In this document: positions 53,631 to 64,000 of the stretch, piece after piece
How positions within the stretch are numbered: position 1 is the stretch's first letter
Layout: each line of letters begins with the position of its first letter
Assembly (NCBI GenBank): GCA_951406725.2
Contig: OX597824.1
Location: 59,334,001 to 59,398,000 of the forward strand
Origin: Octopus vulgaris
Lineage: Eukaryota
Reading direction: 5' to 3'
DNA length: 64,000 bases
Position numbers and translations under genes: made by a program
The notes under the pieces: generated by a model
Told to the model about the DNA's origin: nothing
Seen by the model: the letters and a program-made list of their open reading frames with translations, nothing else
Databases searched by the model: none

Positions 53631-54204
53631 TAATAATAATATTAATAGTAATTTTGTCACGAGCAGTATTTTGAGAGAAGTCGATGTAATCGACTCCCCA
53701 CTCCCTTTAAAATGTCAGGCCTTGTGCCTGTAGTAGAAAAATTTATTATTATTTGACATTTGATAGTTTCAGGCAAATTTCAACAGCACACTTGCTACAT
53801 TCTTTGGAATGTGTGCAGTATTGTGTTGTTGTTGTTGTTATTCATGTCGTTTTTGTTGTTACTGCTGGTGTTGCTGATGTTGTTGTTGTTGGGGAGTATA
53901 AACTCTTTCTGTAATTCTTTCACTCATGATTTAATTCTTTCATTCATTCAAATATCTATTTTCATTCATTTATTCATTTTGTCGTTCTACCATTTATATT
54001 GACTTATAATTCTTCCTTAAAATCTATGTCTTTGTGTCCCTTTTTTCGCTTTTCTGTTTTCGTTTCTTGTTTCCTGATATTTTGGGGTTTTCTTTTTATT
54101 TATGAAAACCATTTTGGCATTTTTCGCTGAGAATTCCTTGCTGCCAACCAAATCGCAAGACTTCACCTACCCCCACTCCTCTTCCATTATCCCTACACCC
54201 TCTC

Positions 54205-54244
<40 letters not shown>

Positions 54245-54495
54245 TCGCACACGCACACGAACATTCACATTCACACACACACGCACACACACGCACACAC
54301 ACTCATACACGCATGCGCGCACACACATACACACATACACACACACGCACGCACTAAACACCTCCACATCACAACTTGGTGGTGAAAAGCCAGAAGTAAG
54401 TTTTAACATCGAAGTCAAAAGAAAAACAAATATTTTCAGATCAGATCTAGTCACACTGGCGCCCTCTGTATCAACAACAAAATAAACTATTACAA

Positions 54496-54611
<116 letters not shown>

Positions 54612-55149
54612 ATTTATTCTATTTTATTTTTCAAAAATTGGGACAGAAACGAAACAAATAAACACGGACAGGACAGGCGGCGGGTGGGATAAAACAACGA
54701 GTGAAAGATTACGAGACGAAAGTGAAGAAAGTCGGAGTAAATCAGAGAGGAATGGGTGAGAAAGAAAGACTGGAAGATGGGAAATGTGAGCGAATGAGAT
54801 TGAGGGTAAGAGGAATAGGGAAGATAATGGTTTCTAATTTAGATACAAGACCAGCAATTTTGTGTGGAGAGAGCAGTCGATATCACAGCTACTAGTACTT
54901 GACTAGTACATTGTTTTAGCCTACACGAAATGAAAGAGAAAGTTGACCTTAGCAGTATTTGAACTCAAAATGCAAACAGCCGGAACGGATAGTGCGTGTT
55001 TGTGTACGTCTGCGCGCGCGTTTGAGAATGTGTGTGTGCGAGTGCGCGCGCTTAAGTATATGTATTCTCTTATTCTTTTATATGTTTCAGTCATTTGATT
55101 GCGGCCATGGGGGACTATGAAAAATATCATGAATACTATCTCCAACTTT

Positions 55150-55780
55150 GGAGCCACAAATATGAGCCTTGTTAAATAACTGGTTAATCTTCAGATGAAT
55201 TAACTGAGGGAGCCTTTTATTCACGATCGTAGTGATTTTCGACTGAAACTGGAATTTAGCATGCAGAGAGTTACGACAAACAACATGGCTGGACACAACA
55301 TCAACAATACAATCGAGGAACAGAACGAAAACAACAGCTCAACAGGTGAACAAATCCTTTCCAGCTGTAGTTATAGAAGAAGCCGTAACTACAAAACTCA
55401 TTTCTCTTGCAGTTATGATTTGAATAATGATCTATTTAGCTGCTACAAAAAGAGCTAAACAAAACCCCGCTGCTGGGTATATGAATCGATTTCAATCATA
55501 TTGGGATGATGTGCATCCAGAATTAAATCATTTTACTGCGAAGTATCTACACCAACAAGCAACATTTGTAGAACGTAGGAAGAAGGTTAATAACAGTAAA
55601 TTTATTAAAAAATCGAAAATTAACCTTCTTCCCAACTCTATAAAACAAAAAACAAAAACAAAAAACGTGAATGATATAAGACCACCACGTGGTTTCACAG
55701 CTAGCGACATTCCAACAGATTCCATAGTGCCTGCCAGCCAAACTACATTACTGCCTAAAGTAACTGACCACTGTCCCCTT
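55150..55780 (+). mobile_element. probable 5' (N-terminal) fragment of an R4-like LINE
   Basis: DLFSCYK..KQNPAAGYMNRFQSYWDDVHPELNHFTAKYLHQQA resembles the N-terminal domain of R4/Dong ORFs. Confidence 0.5.
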
Positions 55781-56098
55781 ACTACTAAGTTATTCTATCG
55801 GTCTGTTTTTGCCAAAGCGCTAAGTTACGGCGGACGTAAACACACCAGCATCGGTTGTCAAGCGATGTTGGGGACGGCAAACAGACACAATATATATATA
55901 TATATATATTAAGGTATGTAGAAAAATACAACATGGACAAGAACGTATAACTCTTAGAAGACGACACAATAAACACGGACAGGACATTGAAACCCTATAT
56001 AAGAATATATATATTCCCTCTTTCCTGAGCGCCTAATAATAATACTTTAATTGTTCCACGTGTTGTTGTTTTTTCTGTTTTCCCGTTTGGATTAACCT

Positions 56099-56155
<57 letters not shown>

Positions 56156-57103
56156 GACAGGATTCTTTTAGTTCCCGTCTATCAAATCCACTTGGAAGGC
56201 TTTGGTTGGAACTTGTGACCCGCCCGCGGACCTTTTTATTTGGAAATTTTTGCCCACCGCACTAACAAGTTTCTCCACCCCTGATTTAGATCGTATTTTC
56301 CATATTTTCACTCAATCAGTACATAAAATGTAATTTTTTTAAGGAGCAATAACTTTTGGAAGGGAAGTTACTCTTATGAAAGAGTTGCTTCCCTTGTTTA
56401 TTTATTTCTTTTTTTTGTAGTGTTTATATCTTAAATGCGCTGAAGCATCGTTTTTAAATCATTTTCTTACCTATGGGTCTCTTTAATCACTATTTTACTC
56501 AGATGGACCCTCCTAACCATTCGAGGTTGAGAAAATCCCACTAAATTTTCATTGTTAAATATTATTAGGAATTGTATAAAAACAATTATTAAAACATTTT
56601 GCTAATATATAGCAATTATTTCGAGTTCATTTTTTAATCATAATAAATGAATAAATGATATGCAGTTGGAGAGGCGATAATTGAAAGTGGATTAGTTCAG
56701 AGATACTGCTTAGTGGATTCGTGATCGGATCGCAACATTCATTGATTAGTCGTTTAGCCCTGGGCCAACCTTATGTTAAAGGACACGAAATAGACTAAGA
56801 AATCGGTCAGGTTGTTGGAGGAAGAAATAGGAAGGTGTGCTCGTATACTTTTGCGTGAATGTGTATATTGACGCGAGTGTGTGCATTTGTACACGGGCAC
56901 GCACGTCTACACGCGTGCACGCACTCACACACACATATGCAAGCATACGTTCACATGCACACACATACACGTATACACACACATGCGTATTCATTCATAT
57001 GCACATATGTATATTCGCATGCATGTACGCATGCATAACAGTGTGCGCGCGCACACGCATGTGCGTGTACTTGTGCATTCACATGCGCGCATGCACGAGT
57101 ATA

Positions 57104-57578
57104 CACGCGCAAAACAGGCGTTGGGAATTGGTAAGCGTTGGGGATTGGTAAGCGTTGAGAGTTGGTAAACGGAAATTGATAAATGGCGGCCCTGCTTATG
57201 GGAGTCATTGGTAGCGGTGACTTTGGTGCAGGCTGTGCAAAGTAGCAGCTGTTGCTAAGAAGGTGTATCCAGGTTGTCGGTAATCAGAGTTCTGTAATTT
57301 GCCGGAAGGGCATTCCTCTGGTGACAGCAGTACGAGAAATCGTATTTCTTGTTGATAGATACTGCGGGTTGTTAGAGGATATGCCGTTTTTCGCGGGAGC
57401 AGAGCTGGCAGTTGGAGGTGACGCCTGAATAGGGTGGCGCTCTGTCGATAATAGTCCACTAGCTGCGGGGTATTTCATCTCGGAAATCACGGAGTCTCCA
57501 GACAATGCTTTAGCTATCAATCCCTAACGCTTACTATTTCCCAACGGTTATCAAAAACCAACGCTTGTTTTGCGTGTG
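57104..57578. mobile_element. non-autonomous TIR element, CAC...GTG termini, TA flanks, 17-bp subterminal repeats
   Basis: ta|cacgcgcaaaacaggcgttgg ... ccaacgcttgttttgcgtgtg|ta; three gcgttgggaattggtaa-like repeats mirrored at the right end. Confidence 0.75.
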
Positions 57579-57582
57579 TAAT

Positions 57583-57700
57583 CTAGTCGATACCTGTCAC
57601 ACAACTGAAAACGTGTGAGCAGGTTTTGGAGGCTTTTGCACCCCCTCTCCTGTCAGATACTCCCACGCAATCGAAACGTCCATCTAAGACAGCGTTACAA
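57583..57700 (-). mobile_element. L1/Tx1 endonuclease fragment
   Basis: Similar to 41785-41890 (agtcga.acctgtca.aca.ctgaaaa...tgagcaggtttt.gaggctttt). Confidence 0.6.
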
Positions 57701-58019
57701 TCGCCTGATAATACTAGAGTTCACAAAAAAGGAAAAGAAAGACAGTAGAAAAAAAGAGGGAAAAGAGCAAACAGGAGGACATTCCATCAGCAGCAATAAG
57801 CAAACACAGCAAACAACAACAACACCACCAATACTACCACCACAAGCACCGACACAGTACACAGCACAAACAGACTGCACAAACATCCACAATGGAAGAC
57901 TTCTTTTTTCCCAACACACAATGCATCACCACCACCACCACCACCACACATACAAATTTTAAAACTAAAGCACCACACGTACAACACATTAAAAATCAAC
58001 TTTCCAAATGCTAAGACGA

Positions 58020-58655
58020 AGACAGGTGTAGGAACAACCAGCAGGTGTATTAGCTTAACGCTCGGGAAGAATGGAAAGTCTTCTACGTTTCGAGCCTACG
58101 CTCTTCGACAGAAAGGATTAAGATGGGAAAAAAAATGAAAGAGAATGGAAAAAAAAAAAAAAACACGGCCGGAGAAAAAAATGCGTAGGATTAACGGTTC
58201 AACATGATGAAATGGCCTGAAGGAAGAGGTTGAATGAGAGATAATAACGATAACCCAGCTAAGCAAATTTATTCAAGCGCGTGTGAGTATGTGAGAATGG
58301 TGTGTGTGAGCGCGTATGTATTATGAGTGGGGGCGAGTGCATGAGTATGTATGTGTGGGCGAGCTGAGAATTATGTGGACCTCTGTGTGTGTATGTGCGT
58401 GTAAGTGACCCAGTGCGTACATTATGTGGAGTGATATGCGTTTCGTATACTGGTATGTATGCGTGTGCGCGCATGGATGTGTGTATGTATGTGTACGCGT
58501 ATGAATGTGTGTAGGTATGTGGAAATCTGTGTGGGATAGGTGTCAATTATCATGTGTGTGCAAACGCATCGGTCTCGATGTTTGTATATGTGTGTACAAG
58601 TAACCTAGTGTATGTGTTGTTTAGAGGGAGTGATGTGCGTTTTGTGTATTTGTGT

Positions 58656-58702
<47 letters not shown>

Positions 58703-59830
58703 AATAATAGTGAGGGGATATCACGTACAGTGAAGTAGCGAGCCATGAGTTGAGACAGGGTCTCAGTCATGGTCGGTACTGCAGAGCCGGCGTAGACGAA
58801 GGAAATGGGAGTAGAGGATGAAGATCTTGGAGTGAGTAGGGTTGGTGGAGGAGAAATGAAGGTAGGAGTGTGAGTCTGTGTGTTTGTAGTGAATGGAAGT
58901 GACGAGAGTGGTGTGGTGCATATTGAAAGAAATGTCGGGAAATTCGACGGAAGAGTTAGAAACAGTAGAGGAGAATTCGAGGGCAGACTGGAAAGATTGG
59001 ACAAAGGAGAGGAAGAAGTCAAGATGTTAACGGGAGAGTGAGGTTACGCCGATACACTCATCGATATATCGACCGTATAGCTCAAGAGTGAGACTAGTGA
59101 ACTGTGAGAATATTTGCGCCTCAACATAGCCAACGAACAAGTTCGCATAGCTGAAGTCCATTCTCGTTCCCATAGCCCTTGGTAAAACTCCCCCGCGAGA
59201 ACTGTTGGTAAAACTCACTCGCGAACGAAAAGCAGTTGAAGCAGAAAACAAGTTAGGAGAAACGAAGAAAAGTGGAGGTATCAAGCTGAGGGTCTGGCTG
59301 AAGTGTTTTAGCGCATGAAGGCCTTCGTTGTGCGGGATCAATGTGCACAGCGGCTTAATGTCGAAAGTAAACAGGATTTGGGAGGGACCAGGAGAGAAGG
59401 AGAAAGAATTAAACAGCATGATTAGTATGGTGAATGTGTGAGAGGAGTGAAGCATCTAGGCTTAAAGGACACAGTCAAGGTACTTGGAGATCATTTCTGC
59501 GGGCAGTTGGAGACGGAGACGATGGGGCGGCCAGGGTTGTTGGGCTTGTGCATTTTGGGAAGGAATTAAATAGTGAGGGTGATTGAGGTAGGGAGAATGA
59601 GTTTAGAGGAGGTAGGAACAAGAAATGAATAGTTGAAGACATAGTCTGTTGGTAGTTAGTAGTGGGGCTGAAGAGTAGAGGGAAACAGAAGACGATATCC
59701 TGAAGTTGGTGGAGAGCTTCAGCCTTGTAATGGTTTGCACACATCACACAACAGCTCTATCCTTGTCAGCCGGTTTGATGTTGATATCTTGGCGGCGTCA
59801 GCAACATCGAAGGGCCAAGTGTTCGGCCAG
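58020..59830 (-). mobile_element. Penelope-like element relic (RT plus 3' pLTR with HHR)
   Basis: Minus: IKPADKD.AVV..Y.AEALHQLQD, LFTFDIK.L.T.IPHNEGL.AL, AMGTRM..SYANLFVG, RYIDECIG. Confidence 0.85.
58080..58115 (-). ncRNA. minimal PLE-type hammerhead motif (A6U variant)
   Basis: Minus: cttt-CTGTCGA-a-gagc-gtag-gctc-GAAA-cg-TA-gaag; same strand and 3' of PLE RT. Confidence 0.6.
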
Positions 59831-59834
59831 GGAG

Positions 59835-60260
59835 ATGTTAAAATGTCTAGAACACCTTAGACGAACTATCATTGAGTTTGAGGAGAGACTATGGAAGAGA
59901 AGTTATACCGGCGACAACTTCGATATAGCCATGAGATTCAGTGATCCAGCCCAAGTTACCGACATAGTAAGAATCTACCTCCTACACTGTGTTAGTAAGG
60001 AATTCCCAGATCTTCGTGATGGTTTATACATGAATGTTCGTCATACACAGTAGCAGTAAAACAGTCTTGGAGAGGACGCGTATAAAATTAGAAAATTCCT
60101 TCGAAACTTCAACCTAAATTTAACTTTCGAGCATGGTACTAAAGTGGTTGATTTCTTGGATGTAAAATTAGACCTTAAATCTGGATTATACTATCCCTAT
60201 AGAAAACCCGAGGAAATCACTAAATATGTCAGTAAATTCTCCAATCACCGCCCCCTCCCA
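59835..60260 (+). mobile_element. second PLE RT remnant (Neptune-like motifs)
   Basis: FDIAMRFSDPAQVTDIVRIYLL, GLY, VVDFLDVKLDLKSGLYYPYRKP..YVSKFSNH. Confidence 0.75.
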
Positions 60261-61203
60261 GCTACCATCACTACTGCGTGATTAAATCCCTAGTAAAAGG
60301 ATGAATATGCAACTAGCATTGTCAATTCCTACACTCATTTTTATAATTCGGCTATATGAAAAACCCGCTAGAAACAAGACATTGTATATGAAAAGTCTAA
60401 ATGTAAAACTATCCGTCATAATAATGATAAATGTATTGATGGTAATGATAATGTTAATATCGTATCAGCACATAGGCAGATGCTTAAGACAAATTCGAGT
60501 GATACGATTAGACTAGTTTCAATGAATTCTAGTGAACTCATTGGCTTTATTAAATCACCGAAACTAGATGATAATGTACACAACACTAACATAAGAATCA
60601 CTCCCATACCTGGGAATTGTGAGAATGATATTAGAAGGCCCACTAAATTCATTAAAAGCTATAATAAAAGTAATTGTGTTGATGATGGATTCAAGAGGTT
60701 AACTAATTAACTAATGGGTATACCAGAAAAAAGTGGCTAAATGTAGTTAAGTGCGGAAATAATTATTGTAGCAAAAATAAGGATATTGATAACAACAAAA
60801 ACATAAGTATCTATACTATAATTGCGCTTTTTACGTCTAGTGTGTATGTCTGTGTCAAAATCGTGTTTCCAAACTCCTCCGCAACCACTGGACCGATTCG
60901 ACCAAACTTGGCGTGAGGAACCGAGGGTACCGGGAGAGTGCCAACATTTATATGGGATTCACGAAAATTAACCAGTCCGGTTCCAGTCTGGTAAAATCCG
61001 ACAAAACGAATTACCCCTCTCTCACTATTCAGTGACTCTCCTACTATTCCTCACGCTTACTACCTCTTTCTCTTATTGGGAGCTGTAGTGTGAGGAGTGG
61101 TAATTGACAGAATTGCAAACAATGCTACCTCTCATAACTCACTCTCTCTTAATCGGTTGCGCTCTTTCCATGTCTCCGTCGGTGTTAATTTGACGTTTCT
61201 CTC

Positions 61204-61268
<65 letters not shown>

Positions 61269-61450
61269 TATGTATTACGTATCGCACTCACTCTCACACA
61301 ATGTTCCCTCTCATAACTCTCTCTCTCTCTAAGACACATATTTACTACTTCTCTTACTTTATTCTCTCTTAACCGGTTGCGTTTTTTCCAATGTTTCTAT
61401 CGGTGTCATTTTGAAAAAAAATATACTGTTGATCTTCGGTGAAAATTACA

Positions 61451-61858
61451 ATTACACCATACTCGTTAAACACTATCTTAAAGTTCGATTTTTATGGCAT
61501 TGAATTACACTAAGCGAATTTGACCATAAAAATATTGGAAATTTAGTATTTTTAAAGATATTAATAAAATTTGCCGGAACTATTTTCATGCCGTCGGCCG
61601 TCGGGACTATTTTTATGTGTATTTACGTCGTTTCGTGTGTGAATATGTTATTGAATGTACTGTCGTCTGAAACAGCAGATGTAAAAAGTATGAAAATTTT
61701 GGAAACTACGCATTCGACTGCATGAAAATAAGTTCGACTAATTTTATTATTACCTTAAAAAATACTAAATTTCCGACATTTTTATGGTAAAATTCGTTTA
61801 GAGCAATTCAACAACAAAAAATCGCACTTTAAAATAGTGTTTAGCGAGAGTCGAGTAA
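61451..61858. repeat. ~150-bp imperfect inverted repeat in Helitron 5' region
   Basis: ccataaaaatattggaaatttagtatttttaaag vs cttaaaaaatactaaatttccgacatttttatgg; spacer ~110 bp. Confidence 0.8.
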
Positions 61859-62099
61859 TTTTAAATAAATACTCAAAGTAAATATTTACAATTAATACCG
61901 TGGAAACTTCCCGTTCAGAGAAATTAGCTTAAATACTAGCTGAATCGTTGCAAAACTTTCGCTGTATAATTGTCATAAATATTCACGCTTTCAGCAGTAC
62001 ACTGTGCTCAGAGAAAGAAAGGGCAACAACCTGACCCGAAAAAATTCTTATTCACAAAAGATTTCTGATTAAAGACAACAGATGCTAATTGAAGAAAAC

Positions 62100-63820
62100 A
62101 GACAAGGACCTAGCTCTTCTCAGTGTCTCGAAATAAAGCGAAGGAGAATGCAAGAACCCCACGCAATAGAAACACCAGAACAAACAGAGGTATGGAGAAA
62201 TGCAATCGGCTGAAGAGACAGGAAACCCGTGCAATGGAAGGACCAGAAGATTCAGAAGGACGGAGAAATGCGAATCGGATGAGAACACAGGGAACCCGTG
62301 CAATGGAAAGACCAGAAAAATAAAAAAAGAACGGAAGAATGTGAATCGGCTGAGAACACAGAAAAACCGTGCAATGAAAATACCACATAAACAGAAGCAC
62401 GACGGACAAATACTGATCTGCTGGGGAAAGAGGAGAGGTCTCTAGGGAAAACACGTTACTGCAACACATTCAGCAGCGACAACCAGGCATGATAGCAACT
62501 GAGACTTTGTCAGCAAAGAACTGACACTGAGAGAATGGCTATGGAAGTTGATGTGGCAGATTTTCAAGAGAAAGAACGAAACCCAATCTTTATGTTGCAC
62601 TACCATGGAAACATTTTTAACAGAACATACCCTAACTGCAAAGATTACCTTAGAAGAGCTGAGAAAACTACCCTCTGCTGTGGCAAAGGAAAAATTAGTA
62701 ATAATAAAATTCCACAGGTAAAAAAGGCCCCAGAATGAATAACTTAATATAATGATGTTAATCTATGCAGTCAAATGTTTCTGAACAAAATTCGTGACTA
62801 CAATAATTTACTGGTTTATGGCTTCACTTGGACTGGATAATCCACCAATTTGACCATAGGGTGGTAGCACTTATATGACTACATTCAAGATTCAAGGAAA
62901 GTTGTACTACCGCGTAGAAAGTTTCCTACCACCAGTAAATAGGAAGCCAGTCTACGCACAACTATATTTCGTTGACACTGAAAGTGAGATGAGAAACAGG
63001 TTGTCATTCAGAGGAGCTGACAATGACCTTAATGAGAACATCCTGCTAGACTTTCAGAGAGCATTGCATATGCACAATCCATATGTCAAAAGTTTAAACA
63101 GGCTATTGACACACTTAAGGAATACCCTGCATCAGGAAAATATTCTACCAATGATATTATAAGTCATCACAAACGGCTTATTCCTGTTGGGTCACATGAG
63201 GGAAGCTGTAATCCATCAACTGCAGAAGAAGTTGCTGTGATCACGGTGGTGGATGATACCAATAAACCAAACATTAAACCTGTGGATGTTGCCATTTAGT
63301 ACAATGCGAGCAATGAGAAGTTAGACTACATTAGTCAAATCCACAAAGGTTATGGCCTTCTTCATTATTTACTTCTGTTTCCCTATGGAGAAGAGGGCTG
63401 GAATGCGCTCTTGAAAGACAATGCCGGAAGCAAAGCTATCACTGAATGTGACTTATTCTTATCGGCTCCAGATAAGAAAGGACGAGTTCAAAGGCATAAT
63501 GAAAAGTAAACGTCTGATGCAACAACATGCAGTAGATTAATATACAAAGATAGAGCAAGATCGATTACACTTCCTGAGAACTCATCAGAAACAACTTAAG
63601 GCTGAAAAGTACCAGGGTCTTATGGATGCTATTGCAAATGGAGACATGAATGACGAAGGGTCTAAAATCATTCTTCCGCCATCACATACTGCTTCTCCTC
63701 GGTTTTACAGGGAGTGTTTCCAACCTCGAATTGCTCTGGTGAGAGAGTTTGGAAATCCAGACTTTTCATCAGTATGACAACCAACCCAAAATGGACTGAA
63801 ATAACGGAAGCCATGTTGGC
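62100..63820 (+). pseudogene. Helitron Rep(Hel) N-terminal half, disrupted
   Basis: CCGKGKI, FLNKIRDYNN, TFKIQGKLYY...YAQLYFVD, HNPYVK, LLFPYGEEGW, RLMQQHAVD, QKQLKAEKYQGLMDAI, IILPPSHTASPR, GNPD..SMTTNPKWTEI. Confidence 0.92.
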
Positions 63821-63996
63821 TTCTGGGAACAATGAGCATATATTTGCTTTGTTTCTGGGTACAATGTACATGTATTGGCTTTGGTTCTGGGAACAATGTG
63901 TATATATTTGCTTTTTTTCTGGGTACAATGTACATGTATTGGCTTTGGTTCTGGGAACAATGTGTATATATTTGCTTTTTTTCTGGGTACAATGTA
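63821..63996. repeat. 32-bp tandem array with alternating A/B units (64-bp higher-order repeat)
   Basis: ttctggg(a/t)acaatg starts at 63821, 63853, 63885, 63917, 63949, 63981. Confidence 0.93.
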
Positions 63997-64000
63997 AATA

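Larger units (their letters stand above)
60810..64000 (+). mobile_element. autonomous-type Helitron relic, 5' part (3' end not seen in window)
   Basis: 5' A|TCTATACTATA...ccactggaccgattcgaccaaacttggc followed by Rep coding remnants. Confidence 0.85.

Overview
Eukaryotic, AT-rich, extremely repeat-dense DNA with no convincing host protein-coding gene. The microsatellite load and SINE/LINE complement suggest an octopus (cephalopod) genome; this is an inference. Nearly all ORF-track entries are microsatellite translations or decayed transposon frames. Recognisable content: R4/Dong-like RLE LINEs (one nearly complete at 27.7-30.8 kb, one at 7.8-10 kb, several 3' fragments), an L1/Tx1-like LINE relic, RTE fragments, Penelope-like element (PLE) RT/GIY-YIG relics, four Helitrons (three non-autonomous, one Rep-encoding relic), three maT/DD37D-like mariner relics, a CAC...GTG TIR element and at least three tRNA-SINE families. 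The most notable signal is a set of minimal type I hammerhead ribozyme (HHR) motifs (core CUGANGA-stem II-GAAA-short, often palindromic stem III-UH). They occur at 2729-2779, 3111-3153, 3776-3817/3926-3967, 4443-4480, 17542-17592, 48732-48806 and 58080-58115. Several sit in short non-coding, fold-back inserts flanked by (TA)n and show compensatory stem changes and core variants (U3-A8, U3-G8). All structures were read by eye and element boundaries are approximate unless stated.
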